Positions 1-13,329 of a stretch of 64,000 nucleotides of DNA are shown in pieces. The notes beneath the pieces are model-generated. The model searched no databases. It was not told the DNA's origin and saw only the letters and a program-made list of their open reading frames with translations. The stretch is taken from the NCBI RefSeq assembly GCF_006345805.1, contig NC_042998.1, forward strand, positions 204,228,001 through 204,292,000. Reading direction: 5' to 3'. The first letter of the stretch is position 1. The number at the start of each line of letters is the position of its first letter. The translations under genes were made by a program, and so were the position numbers. Source of the stretch: Octopus sinensis. Its lineage: Eukaryota.

Positions 1-687
1 ATTTACCAAACATACTGTGGTCTCTTCTTCAAAGTTTGTTCTTCACATTTTCAGCCATTTATTTCTAGTGGTTTTTATTTTTAAACAAATTTATTTATCC
101 ATTTCCTTTCAATCAAGTCAAATTTAGCAATTCATTCAAAATCCATTAATCTAACCTTTGGCTCATCACTACCGATATTGATTGCTAATCCACCACCATT
201 ACCACCACCACTGCCACCACCACCTCACTACTACTACTAATTGTTTTATAAAATAATTCATTGGATGTTGGTGGAAATTTATGTCAAGAAAAATAATTAA
301 AAGACTTCTAAGATGTTTCAGCTCTTTATTTATGTTCTGAAATTAAAGAACCCACCATAGAATTTAGTGTTAAAAATTAGGTTTAAGTTGAGGCTTCTTT
401 TAAAATTGTGGTTTTTGCCTCTAAGTAAGATTATAAAAATAATTCTAAATAAATCTTTCACTTTCATCTTTAAATCCAATTTTTTTGTCGTTTCTTGTTA
501 TTTCTAATCAGTTGAGAGAGAGATTGACTAAAGTTGACTCAATTATAACAGCAGACATTATAATTTCCAATTTATGGCAGAAAAGAGAGCTGCTGCTTGG
601 AGTCGACTATGTTCAGTTGTATAATCCTTTCTACTCTAGGCACAAGGCCTGAAAATTTTGGGGAGGGGCTCATTCCATTACATCGAT

Positions 688-1022
688 CCCAGTACGCAAC
701 TGGTACTTAATTTATCAACCCCGAAAGGATGAAAAGCAAAGTCGATCTTGGCAGAATTTGAACTCATAACGTAGCAACAGGCGAAATACCTATTTCTTTA
801 CTACCCACAAGGGGCTAAACACAGAGAGGACAAACAAGGACAGACAAATGGATTAAATCGATTACATCGATCCCCAGTGCGTAACTGGTACTTATTTAAT
901 CGACCCCGAAAGGATGAAAGGCAAAGTCGACCTCGGCGGAGTTTGAACTCAGCATGTAGTGGCAGACGAAATACCGCTGAGCATTTTGCCCAGTGCGCTA
1001 CCGGTTCTGCCAGCTCACTGCC
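688..1022 (-). mobile_element. SINE family A, one partial plus one near-full adjacent copy
   Basis: Reverse complement of GGCGGCGAGCTGGCAGAAACGTTAGCAC...GAGTTCAAATTCCGCCGAGGTCGAC...GTGGGTAGTAAAGAAATA, repeated about 11 times in the window; B-box-like GAGTTCAAATTC. Confidence 0.8.
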
Positions 1023-1164
1023 TTGTTCTGTTGTACAATCATTAATGTTATCATCTGGCAAGCTGGAAAGACAGGGTTCAATTCCACTCAAGGCCGTGGT
1101 TTATTTCTATCCCAATTTGGTGGTTATAATATTAACAATTAACTAATATTAGTGAAGATGTGTC

Positions 1165-1330
1165 ACAGAGCAGTGAAGGTGTTACACTCACAACTGTTAG
1201 ATCATAGGTTCAATTCCAGACTGGGTGACATGTGTTTTTAAGCAAAATACTTCATTTCATGTCACTCTACTGCTGTGTGGAGACTGGTGCATCAAAGAAT
1301 AGACCCAATGTTTACTCTGCTTGTCATAAA
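1165..1330 (+). mobile_element. Degenerate tRNA-headed SINE family D
   Basis: GGTTCAATTCC B box followed by TTAAGCAAAATACTTCATTTCA; related sequence at about 4755, 20090 and 38975. Confidence 0.5.
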
Positions 1331-1705
1331 GGGCAGCTAAAAAAAAAGTTGAAGTGATATTTGCACTCTGACCTCATAAAACCCTCACCAGCAGCAACTA
1401 CCCAACCAGACCCATGGTTTGGAGGGTTGCCACCTGAGTGATGCAAAGGTGTCACCCGCCAGGAATAGGGAACCACAAACAAATGGTGGATGCAGCGATG
1501 CATTCTTACAGCGCATGGCCCCATACTACTACTACTAATAGTACTATTAATACTACTAATCAATCACTGGATAAACTATATTGATTATACTTTTAGAATT
1601 ATCTGACAATGGATTATCCTGCAGACTTATGCACAGTCAAACTGAACATTAAATTATTGTGTTTATGCGTGAGTGTGTAATATGTGTATGTGTAGAACAT
1701 GTTTG

Positions 1706-2190
1706 ATCATCACATCATCGTTTAACGTCCGCTTTCCATGCTAGCATGGGTTGGACGATTTGACTGAGGTCTGGCGAACCAGACTCCAGTCTGATCTGGC
1801 AGAGTTTCTACAGCTGGATGCCCTTCCTAATGCCAACCAGTCCATGAGTGTAGTGGGTGCTTTTTATGTGCCACCGGCACGGGGGCCAGTCAGGCGGTAC
1901 TGGCAATGACCTCCCTCAAATCTTCTTACACATGCTACCAGCTGGTAACGATCACGCTCGAATGGTGTCTTTTACATGCCACTGGCACGGGGGTCCAGAT
2001 AGCCACTCTGGCAATGATCATGCTCGGATGGTGCTCTTAATACCCTAATAGCATGGGGCTCGAGTGCCAATAAGACGACGCTGGTAACGATCATGCTTGA
2101 ATGGCGCCTTTTAAGTGCCACTGGCACAGAAGCCGGTTAGCAACTCTGTCAATGATCACACTCAGATGGTGCTCTTTGCACCCTGCTAGC
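1706..2190 (-). mobile_element. (CAT)n-tailed RTE-related non-autonomous element, long modular copy
   Basis: CATCATCGTTTAACGTCCGCTTTCCATGCTAGCATGGGTTGGACG tail followed by tandem GTGCCAC(C/T)GGCAC modules; same tail ends the RTE fragment at 52076-52985. Confidence 0.8.
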
Positions 2191-2290
2191 ACGGACACTT
2201 ATATATATAAAATGTGTGTGTGTGAAACATGTATGCATATACAGTGTGTGTGTGTGTGTGTGTAAAGAATATATCTGTGTGTGTATATAT

Positions 2291-2668
2291 GTGGCTGTGT
2301 GGTAAGTAGCTTGCTAAATAACCACATGGTTCAGGGTTCAGACCCATTGCGTGGCATCTTGGGCAAGTGTCTTCTGCTATAGCCCCAGGCCGACCAATGC
2401 CTTGTGAGTAGATTTGGTAGATGGAAACTGAAAGAAGCCTGTCGTATATATGTATGTGTTTGCGTGTCTGTGTTTGTCCCCCTAGCATTGCTTGACAACC
2501 GATGCTGGTGTGTTTACGTCCCCGTCACTTAGCGGTTCGGCAAAAGATACCGATAGAATAAGTACTGGGCTTACAAAGAATAAGTCCCGGGGTCGAGTTG
2601 CTCGACTAAAGGCGGTGCTCCAGCATGGCCGCAGTCAAATGACTGAAACAAGTAAAAGAGTAAAAGAG
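2291..2668 (+). mobile_element. SINE family B, full length
   Basis: GTGGCTGTGTGGTAAG A box, GGTTCAG(T/A)CCC B box, TTGGGCAAGTGTCTTC CORE-like segment, internal (TA/TG)n, 3' TGACTGAAACAAGTAAAAGAG; about 20 copies or fragments in window. Confidence 0.85.
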
Positions 2669-3405
2669 TATATGTATGTATACATGATGTGTACCTGTAC
2701 CTGTGTCTATATTCATATATTCACACATATAAATCACCATATGAAAAATTCTTTATAGGTATAAAGATACCATAAACATGTATAAAAATGGGGAAAATAA
2801 GTTAAAATCAAAATTGAATTTAATAATTACGCATGTTTCAAAAGACAATACAAATATGTAAGAAAAAATTATAATTGAAGTTCTGCGTTGTCATTCTTAT
2901 CAGTGTGAAGAATTTTAGAAAGAAACTATTTTTTTGCTCTCTTTTTGGATCCTTCAAAAGAGTTTAAATTGTTCTTTTTGAACTTATTTCAAATCACCAT
3001 AAACGTGTGTCATTCTATATACCTGTGTCTCTACACACTGGCACCAACAGAGAAATACACCAAATCTGTGTTTTTTTCATTTGACACAAACAAGAGAGAC
3101 GGAACGTGTATTTTGTTGAACACTTATCTATAATGCAACTTTATAATCTGCTGCTGCTGTTGTTGTTGTTGTTCGTGATACGTTTACGTTATCTCTTCTG
3201 GTCTGTTGTATATGTCAAGGATAGATGGAGGTTTCAGTCTCTCTCCCCCCTCTCTCTCTCATATCACCAAGGCAACACATCTGCATCTGAACAGCATCAA
3301 CTAATCAATGCAGTTCGTGGATTATTTAATATAAACTTAATGCTAACTAAAAGATAAACACCTAACCACAATAATAATAATGATGATGATAATAATAATA
3401 ATAAT

Positions 3406-3959
3406 GCCCTGATGCAGTACCGGGCAGTGGCTCTCATGGCTTCTGATCTTAACTGATTGGAAATGTTATCATTTACATTGTTTTGTCTTGGTATAAAAGA
3501 TGGGCTACAGCAAATATTCTGCTCAATACCACAGATTTGCTTGTCAGTTGTTTGACCTTAACCAGTTGAGCATGTCCCTTAGTGGCTGACGATATGTGCA
3601 TCTCTGATCACAAGCAGAAGTAGTGGGGGAGCATCATAGCCATGTGTTGAGAGGGATTCTTTGGGGTTTGAATAATTCACCTCGGGCAACAGGGGTGGTT
3701 CTTTCAACATCCTTAAACAACCCTTATTCAGGGATCTTTTGAGCGGGATGGGCTACTCAACCTGAAGAAAATTCTAACTGGACCCCACCTGCAAGGTCAT
3801 GTGCTGTTTATCTTGATATGAGATCACCATGTCACGCACATATGGTTGTGATGCTTGTGCTTGGTGTACCCTTATCAGACGGGTAGTCATGATGGGTATA
3901 CTGGGCTTTGTATATTTTACCCCAGTGTCACTTTGATGGCATGCACTGCTCTCTCACTC
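3406..3959 (+). mobile_element. Unclassified about 550-bp element embedded in (AAT)n
   Basis: (AAT)n on both sides; last about 100 bp recur at 42987-43085 in TAG/TAA repeats; first 244 bp recur inverted at 3976-4219. Sense strand inferred. Confidence 0.7.
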
Positions 3960-3975
3960 AATAATAATGATAATA

Positions 3976-4219
3976 CAACACATGGCTATGATGCTCCCCC
4001 ACTACTTCTGCTCATGATCAGAGATGCACATATCGTCAGCCACTAAGGGACATGCTCAACTGGTTAAGGTCAAACAACTGACAAGCAAATCTGTGGTATT
4101 GAGCAGAATATTTGCTGTAGCCCATCTTTTATACCAAGACAAAACAATGTACATGATAACACTTCCAATCAGTTAAGATCAGAAGCCATGAGAGCCACTG
4201 CCTGGTACTGCATCAAGGC
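3976..4219 (-). repeat. Inverted partial copy of 3406-3649
   Basis: Direct reverse-complement match over 244 bp with few mismatches; followed by (ATT)n. Confidence 0.9.
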
Positions 4220-4220
4220 A

Positions 4221-4253
<33 letters not shown>

Positions 4254-4857
4254 TAATTGGATATTTTCTCAATTATTAACGGATTTTTCAGTGTTGATGT
4301 TCCTGTCCCTTCCAAGATAGACTAAACTAAAAGAGAGAGAGAGAGAGAGACCATGTGATACCATAGATCTGTTAATTTAATTACCAACCAGAACAGGTAT
4401 CAGCAGCAGTCACTGAATAAACGAGGTAGAAATCATTTAATTGCGAGGAGTGTTGACAGAAGGGTTAGATATTGGCATGTGAGTTTACCTCATGGATAAT
4501 TAACCAGAAAGGTCATTTATTTGCTTTCTTTTAATTGTTTCGTTCAACAAACCACACAACTCTACTGGTTTGACTTCATCACTGGCAGCAAGATAGAAAC
4601 CAGGATGGAGTTTAGAATAAGCATTGATTTACTTAAAACATCACCGTTCCATGTTCAGCCTCCGGACTAATGTTAAATGTATAACATTCAGATGAACTGT
4701 TAGGAAAACAGTGGGAGTGTTTTTAGATCCATTTAGTTTGGTGGTGTGAAGGCACGTGGCTTGGTGGTTGTGAGTTCAATTTCCGGTGGCACATTGTGCC
4801 CTTGAGCAAGATGCTTTATTTCATGTTTTTCCAATGCACTCAGCTGGCATAAATGTG

Positions 4858-5170
4858 TTCATCATCATCATCCTCTTCATCGTTTAACACCCGTTTTCCG
4901 TGCTAGCACGGGTTGGACGGCTCGACCGGGGTCTTGGAAGCCAGGAGGCTGCACCAGGCAGCAGTCTGATCTGGCAGTGTTTCTACAGCTGGATGCTCTT
5001 CCTAACGCCAACCACTCCGTGAGTGTAGTGGGTGCTTTTTATGTGCCACTGGCACAGGTGCCAGGTGAGGCTGGCAGCGGCCACGATCAGTTGGTGCTTT
5101 TCACGTGCCACCGGCACAGAAGCCAGTCAAGGCGGTGCTAGCATCGGCCACGTTCGGATGGTGCTTTTTG
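4858..5170 (-). mobile_element. (CAT)n-tailed RTE-related element
   Basis: CATCATCATC...CGTTTAAC tail and CTACAGCTGGATGCTCTTCCTAACGCCAACCACTCC core. Confidence 0.8.
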
Positions 5171-5879
5171 CGCGAGTCTTGTCACATCCTGTATCATTCT
5201 GATTCTCACTGAGAACTATGTTAAGGGTACACATGTCTGTGGGGTGCTCAGCTACATGCTAATGGCACAAGCAGGTTGTTCTGTTGATTGCCTTACCGGT
5301 AAATGTGCCAGTGACACGTGAAAAGCAACATTCCAGTGTGGTCATTGCCAGTGCTGCTGGACTGGCTCCTGTGCAGGTGGCACATAAAAACATCTTTGAG
5401 TGTGGTCGTTGCCTGACAGGCCCTCATGCTGGTGGCACGTAAAAGCACCCACTACACTCTCAGGTGCGGGGGGTCAGTCCATTTGATAAGCATTCTTCAA
5501 GACTGTGCCAAGCATGGCCGCAGTCCAGTGACTGAAAGAAATAAAAGAATGTAAGAACACACACACATATGATGGGTTTCAGTACAGTTTCTGTCTACCA
5601 AATCCATTCACAAAGCTTTCTGGTCCAAGGTGCCCGACAGTAGGATTGAACCAGAAGCCATGTGGTTAGGAAGTGAACCCCTCAACCTCACAGCCACACC
5701 TGTTCCCATATCAACCAAATATAATTTCAACGAAAGTCTGGAGCTTTAAATGAGACGTGAAACATCATTTATAACAGTCGTTAGCCCTGATTAGGTGTTG
5801 GCATTGGTAAACATAACGAGATTAGCAGATCGCCCACTGGAATACTTGGCAGCTTGCTTCCAGTTTAGGCTGAGAGCTT

Positions 5880-5915
<36 letters not shown>

Positions 5916-5954
5916 GGTGGGTGTGAGTATGTGCAGGCGAACTAGTATCTTTTA

Positions 5955-6535
5955 CTTTTTGCTTTGTTTCAGTCATTAGGCTGTGGCCATGCTGGAGCCA
6001 CCACCATGAAGAACAAATTTAGCTGAAAGAATCGCTCCAGACCTTTTTTTGTTGTTTTGTTTTCAACACCTGGTGCTTATTTTGTTGGTCCCTTTTGTGG
6101 AAGCGCTGAGCTACGGGGATGTAAACACACCAACACCAGTGGTCAAGCAGTAGTAGGGGACAAACAGACAGAAAGACACACATACATATACATGAAGAGC
6201 TTCTTTCAGTTTCCATCTACCAAATCCATTCATCGACCCAAGGCTATAGTAGGGGACACTTGTCAGAGGTGCCAGCAATGGGACTGAACCCAGAACCATG
6301 GGGTTGGCAAGCAAACTTCTTACTACATGCTTTTTACGTGCCACCGGGCGAGGCTGACAATGGCCACAATCGGTTGGTGCTTTTTACATGCCACCGGCAC
6401 AGGTGCCAGGGGAGTCTGGCATCGGCCACGATCAGTTGGTGCTTGTAACATACCACCGGCACGGAAGCCAGCCAAGGCGGCGCTGGCATCGGCCACGTTC
6501 GGATGGTGCTTTTTATGTGCCACCGGCACAGGTAT
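5955..6535 (-). mobile_element. SINE B (5955-6325) abutting RTE-related module array (6326-6535)
   Basis: Matches to both families on the minus strand. Confidence 0.7.
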
Positions 6536-7617
6536 CACAACTACTATTTCCATTGATATTTATTTCGATGTTCATGTGTATATATTTAATGGCTGTAGAA
6601 TAATTAAAGAGACTATTTTCCAATAATGCAGCCATTAAAATTAGTGGGAGGTTGTGTTGACCAATCACTTGGAAGATGTGGAACATGTATAAAGGTTATT
6701 AAAGAAACAATTGGCAGAATCTCAGAATGCATGAAGAAACAGCTTCAGTTAATGACTAATTAGTCTCTGGTGAATGGCAGTTTTATTTTTATTTTTTTCT
6801 ACCATTGTTTTCTCTCTCTCTGTTTTTTTTTTTTTTTTAATTTTCGCAAGAAAGAATTTGAATTCATTTTGTAAAATAATTCCTGGAAAATACAGAATTT
6901 TAATCTTCCCTTTCTTTCCGCTGTTTACCAAATTTCATCTTTACAGAGACAGGAAATAATAAAGTGAAGGTCATCATTGATGTTGTAGTGCATGGACTTA
7001 AATTTTTATGCTATGAGTTCCAGCCCCATGGTGGGAGTCAACTTTAACTTTTTTCATCTTCACAAGGTTGATAAAATAGAATACCAGTCATGTAATTGGG
7101 TCAATGTGTTCATACCTTTCCTTCCTCCAAAATATTTGACCTTCCATCAGGAAACAGTTTTGACGTGGAAGCTGCTTAATCAACTAAATGACCCCAAATA
7201 TATTACTGGTTGCTACTTTATGAATACCAGGTGTGGGAAAATCCTAATGGTTCCATACAGTTTACTTTTAAAATTTAGACTCATCATCATCATCATCATC
7301 ATCATCACTTAACATCTGTTGTCCATGCTGACAAGGGCTGGATGGTTTGACAGGACCTGGCAAGGCCAGGAGCCACATTAGCTTCCATTGTCTGTTTTGG
7401 CATGGTCTCTGACTGGATTCCCTACTTAATGCCAACCACTGGGTGCTTATCAGGTGGCACCAGTACCATTTTTATGTGGTACCATCACCATTGAAGCTAA
7501 ATATTGGTCTCAAATTTTGGCACAAGGCCAGCAATATCGGGGGAGGAGGTAAGTTGATTACATCAACTCCAGTGCTCAACTGATACTTATTTTAGGTCTT
7601 TAGGCCATTTACTTTAA

Positions 7618-7822
7618 CCATTTAACGTTTAAACCAGCCCAAATATTCCACCAGTTTTATGTTAAAAGTGACCAGATCCAGCCTCTCACACCTACCCTAC
7701 AATGTCATTCTAAAGTGTACAAACACACCATTGAAATCTTGAAGCTACAAAATAATGTGTGATTTATTCTAAACAATGTGAATAAGCAATATTTTTGATA
7801 ACGAAATTTTAATGCTAAAAGG
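7618..7822. mobile_element. piggyBac-like MITE family 1
   Basis: TTAA at both ends (7614-17, 7823-26); termini CCATTTAAC / GCTAAAAGG; homologous to 47392, 51166 and 63260. Confidence 0.7.
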
Positions 7823-8237
7823 TTAATTAATACAAACCCATTAATTATTCAATCAATTAGTTGTCTGTTTTTCTGTGTTTGTTCCCTTTGGCACTGCCAC
7901 AAAGCCAATTCTTTCCTCTCCAATGGCTATAAGTCATGTGCACTCACTACATGTGGTTCACTGCCACATGGCAACAGACTGATGTCTGCCTTTTGGTACC
8001 AAGACAAACAACAATTTCCACATTTCTACTCCAATATATTTGAATCACAACTAATTTATTGGTTTCAAAGTTTGGCACAATGCCAGTAATTTTGTGAGTG
8101 TAGCGGGTGGTGGTTAAGCCTATTACATCGACACCCTCCCCCCAACCACCACCACCACTGCTCAACTGGTACTTTGTGAACACAATCTGAGCCTACATCT
8201 TTCACTCTCTCTGACGTGTGTGTGTGTGTGTGTATAC

Positions 8238-8580
8238 ATATCATCATCGTCATCATCATCATCGTTTAGCGTCCACTTTCCATGCTAGCATGGGTTGGAC
8301 GGTTCAACTGGAGTCTGGGAAGCCAGAAGGCTGCATCAGGCCCAGTCTGATCTGGCAGTGTTTCTATGGCTGGATGCCCTTCCTAATGCCAACCACTCCT
8401 TGAGTGTAGTGGGTGCTTTTTACATGCCACCTGCACAGGTGCCAGACGGAGCTGGCAAACGGCCACGGACGGATGGTGCTTTTTACGTGCCACTGGCACG
8501 GGGGCCAGGCGAGGGTGGCAATGGCCACGATCGGATGGTGCTTTTTACGTGCCACCGGCACGGGGGCCAGGCGAGGCTAT
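8238..8580 (-). mobile_element. (CAT)n-tailed RTE-related element
   Basis: Family tail and modules. Confidence 0.8.
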
Positions 8581-8959
8581 ATATAAATATATATGTATCG
8601 AGCAAATAATTTGTGAAAAGATAATTTGCAAATTTATCATCTAGAGTAACAATTTTATTTTATTGACCCCAAAAGGTTGAAAAGCCATGTTGACCTCAGG
8701 GGAATTTGGACTCAGAATGTATAGATAGACAAAATGCCGGTAAGCATTTTGACCAGTAGGTTAACGATTCTGCCAGCTTGGCGCCTTAATCCCCACTAAT
8801 TCTTCTACCACCAGCACAAAGAGGCCCCTATGTTGCAGTCATTCTAACAACCAAATCTCCTTCAAATCACACCCCACTCATTCAAAAGAAAGGTCACATT
8901 GAATAAATGTAGTCCTAGATACTCATTGAATAAAAGATTCCTGGGTAGGACTGATATAT

Positions 8960-9332
8960 GGATGGAAGCACTCCGTCGGTTACAACGACGAGGGTTCCGG
9001 TTGATCCGAATCAACGGAACAGCCTGCTCGTGAAATTAACGTGTAAGTGGCTGAGCACTCCACAGACACGTGTACCCTTAACGTAGTTCTCGGGGATATT
9101 CAGCGTGACACAGGGAGTGACAAGGCCGGCCCTTTGAAATACAGGTACAACAGAAACAGGAAGTAAGAGTGAGAGAAAGTTGTAGTGAAAGAGTACAGCA
9201 GGGATCACCACCATCCCTGCCGGAGCCTCGTGGAGCTTTAGGTGTTTTCGCTCAATAAACACTCACAACGCCCGGTCTGGGAATCGAAACCGCGAGTCTG
9301 CTGCCCTAACCACTGGGCCATTGCGCCTCCAC
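8960..9332 (-). mobile_element. tRNA-derived SINE family C with 13-bp TSD
   Basis: Head GGAGGCGCAATGGCCCAGTGGTTAGGG...GGTTTCGATTCCC; AGGACTGATATAT at 8947-8959 and 9333-9345; second copy at 46020-46405. Confidence 0.9.
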
Positions 9333-9789
9333 AGGACTGATATATATATATCTGAGATGAAAGACCATTATGAATGAGGTCAACCTGAATTCAACAGCAG
9401 CAGCAGCAGCAGCAGTCTTCATTTTGTAATCGCTCATGCAGCAAACTCAATAACGTTCACCCATCGTTGGTTTTGTAACTTCATTTTCTTGAGTGTTTTT
9501 GTTACTCACTGAACAAGCCGAATAATAATAACAACCACCACCACCACCCTGCTTCTCCTCCCCCTCTTCCTGTTAAGGAGTCACTCAGTTCACTCAGCCT
9601 CTTTCTCACCTTCTCGTCTTACAACTCAGAACAGTATTCCCCTTCAGGTGTTCTTCAATACACTTAAACCTGTTTCATGTAACAAAACATGACTGGAACG
9701 TTCAAAGTTTTTTTCTTTTTTTAATTTTCATTTTTTAAAAGAAAATTTCTGTATTGTGTGTGTTTTTTTGTGTTTGTGTGTGTGCATAA

Positions 9790-9991
9790 CTCTTTTACTC
9801 GTTTCAGTCATTTGACTGCGGCCATGCAGGAGCACCGCCTTTAGTCGAGCAAATCGACCCCGGGACTTATTCTTTTGTAAGCCCAGTACTTATTCTATCG
9901 GTCTCTTTTGCCGAACCGCTAAGTGACGGTGACGTAAACACACCAGCATCGGTTGTCAAGCGATTTTGGGGGGACAAACACAGACTCACAA

Positions 9992-10034
<43 letters not shown>

Positions 10035-10181
10035 CGACAGGCTTCTTTCAGTTTCTGTCTACCAAATCCACTCACAAGGCATTGGTCAGCCCGGGGCTAT
10101 AGTAGAAGACACTTGCCCAAGATGCCACACAGTGGGACTGAACCCGGAACCATGTGGTTGGGAAGCAAGCTACTTACCACA
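9790..10181 (-). mobile_element. SINE family B, full length
   Basis: Reverse-complement match to 2291-2668. Confidence 0.85.
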
Positions 10182-10470
10182 CGTGCATGTATTCATCATC
10201 ATCATCGTTTATTGTCCGTTTTCCACGCTGCCATGGGTTGGACGGTTTGACTGAGGACTGGCAAACCAGATGGCTGCACCAGGCTCCAATCTTGATCTGG
10301 CAGAGCTTCTACAGCTGGATGCCCTTCCTAATGCCAACCACTCCGAGAGTGTAGTGGGTGCGTGTTTACGTGCCACCGGCACAGGAGCCAGTCAGGCGGG
10401 CCTGGCATCGATCATGTTTGGATAATACTTTTTGTGTGCCACCAGCACAAGAGCCAGTCAGGTGGACTGC

Positions 10471-10534
<64 letters not shown>

Positions 10535-11018
10535 TCATTTAGCGTTCATGTCCCATGCTGGCCTGGGTTGGACAGTTTGACAGGAACCAATGTGTCCAAG
10601 GAATACATTGACTCTGTTGTTTACTTTGGCATGGTTTTTATAGCTAGATGCCCTTCCTAATGCCAACAGCTTTACAGTGTGGACTATAAATAGTGTGTGT
10701 ATATATATCTAACAAAGTGAAGTTGTAAGGTACCTCACGAGTGGAAATATATATGAAAGAAGGTTTGAAAATGCAATTTTAAAGATGTTTATTCACTTGA
10801 CTGGTTTCATTTTTTTAGAAAAAGATTGTCAAAAGTAAAATGTAAAAGCTTTGTAAAAGCTTTGTTGTGTTAGGTACTGGTTGTCACAAAATATTACAAT
10901 ACATTTATACATTCTTTGATAATAATAAGAAAATGTTAAAAACAGTTTACAAGAAAGTATTTAAGAAAATATTCAACAAAAAGTTTTTTAGGGTTCAAAA
11001 AAAAAAATCATGTTTGTA

Positions 11019-11062
<44 letters not shown>

Positions 11063-12050
11063 TATATATACGACAGGCTTCTTTCAGTTTCTGTCTACCA
11101 AATCCACTCACAAGGCATTGGTCAGCCCGGGGCTATAGTAGAAGACACTTGCCCAAGATGCCACACAGTGGGACTGAACCCGGAACCATGTGGTTGGGAA
11201 GCAAGCTACTTACCACACGTGCATGTATTCATCATCATCATCGTTTATTGTCCGTTTTCCACGCTGCCATGGGTTGGACGGTTTGACTGAGGACTGGCAA
11301 ACCAGATGGCTGCACCAGGCTCCAATCTTGATCTGGCAGAGCTTCTACAGCTGGATGCCCTTCCTAATGCCAACCACTCCGAGAGTGTAGTGGGTGCGTG
11401 TTTACGTGCCACCGGCACAGGAGCCAGTCAGGCGGGCCTGGCATCGATCATGTTTGGATAATACTTTTTGTGTGCCACCAGCACAAGAGCCAGTCAGGTG
11501 GACCTGCCATATACACACACACACACACACACACATGTATATATATATATATATATATAAATATCATTTAGCGTTCATGTCCCATGCTGGCCTGGGTTGG
11601 ACAGTTTGACAGGAACCAATGTGTCCAAGGAATACATTGACTCTGTTGTTTACTTTGGCATGGTTTTTATAGCTAGATGCCCTTCCTAATGCCAACAGCT
11701 TTACAGTGTGGACTATAAATAGTGTGTGTATATATATCTAACAAAGTGAAGTTGTAAGGTACCTCACGAGTGGAAATATATATGAAAGAAGGTTTGAAAA
11801 TGCAATTTTAAAGATGTTTATTCACTTGACTGGTTTCATTTTTTTAGAAAAAGATTGTCAAAAGTAAAATGTAAAAGCTTTGTAAAAGCTTTGTTGTGTT
11901 AGGTACTGGTTGTCACAAAATATTACAATACATTTATACATTCTTTGATAATAATAAGAAAATGTTAAAAACAGTTTACAAGAAAGTATTTAAGAAAATA
12001 TTCAACAAAAAGTTTTTTAGGGTTCAAAAAAAAAAATCATGTTTGTAGTA
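10035..12050 (+). repeat. About 1.0-kb near-identical tandem duplication (10035-11021 and 11071-12050)
   Basis: Identical peptides in the ORF track at offset 1036; units bounded by (TA)n; differences seen only in microsatellite or homopolymer runs and a 1-nt indel. Confidence 0.95.
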
Positions 12051-12073
12051 TATATATATATATATATATATAT

Positions 12074-12200
12074 ACAGGAGATATATTTAATAGTTTACAA
12101 AGAATTTGAGAGGAACCGACCTGTCTTTCTGGCATTTCTGGCCAGAAAGACAGGTTGGTTCCTCTCAAATTCTTTGTAAACTCTTAAATATATCTCCTGT
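12074..12200. repeat. 60-bp-arm hairpin (58/60 matches), 7-nt loop
   Basis: 12074-12133 is the reverse complement of 12141-12200. Confidence 0.95.
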
Positions 12201-13329
12201 GTGTATATATATTACCAAACAAACATGAAACCGGTCAAGTGAATAAACATCTTTAAATTTGCATTTTCAAACCTTCTTTTATATATATATATATATATAT
12301 ATAGATAGATAGATATGTATACATTTGTATATCTACAGTATCCCAGCTGCACCGGGTGTATTCAATTTTGTTTATTTCACTGTGAGTTCTATGTTATTGT
12401 CCCTAGCCATTTCTGGCATCCTACAAGTTAATGTAGCCTTGATTCTCATGAATCCATATAACAAAATTATACACAAACACACACACATATATATATATAA
12501 AATTTTTTCCCCATCTTCTTAGGGTGAAAATCCAATCTTTTCCATCTTCTAAAGGTCAGAAGCCAATCTTTCTCTGCTGTTTTCACAGCTATTCTATGTT
12601 TGAAATTTACCTTTTCTCTGTAAAATGTGTATCCCTTTTTCCTGCTTCAGTCATTAGACTACAGCCATGCTGGGACACTACTGCCATGGAAGACATAGTC
12701 AATTTAATCTCACCCAGTTTTTACTTTTCTAACTCTGGTACTTATTCTATTGGCCTCTTTTGCCAGCCTGCTAAGTTATGAGGATGTAAACAAACCAACA
12801 TCAAGTTGTAGTGGGACACGCACACACACACACACACAATAGGTTTTCTCTGGTTGTTATTTAGTCTTGGGTCAAGCCTTATTGAACAGACTTATGGTGA
12901 AATGCATTCGAGCTGTGACCTTCCTCAAGATGGTGATATTAAATTACTGTTGGAATTCAAACTTACCAATAAGAAAAGACTCAAGTTCTTTGTTCTGAGT
13001 TTCCACTCAAAAATGATGACTTCTTTCGCTCATCCTCCTCATGCTTCCAACATTCACTTTTCCATGCTTGCATGGATTGGACAGAATTTGTTGAGGCAGA
13101 TTTTCTACGATCGGAAAGCCCTCCTGTCACCAGCCCTCACCTGTTTCCCAGTAAGGTCATATTTCTCTCTAACCAAATGGTGTCTGGAAGATTGAAAACA
13201 AAGAGCATTGTACGGTGGTGATGTTCATTCATAGCCATCACACAGTCTCAACAGACAGAGACACTAACACACACACACACACATGCACACAAATACATCT
13301 ACATGATTTACATGCACACACATGGTGGC

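Noticed and set aside
4391-4484. Open frame ...RSVDRRVRYWH followed by GTGAGT
   Set aside because: Weak acceptor and no recognisable protein; within chance expectation.
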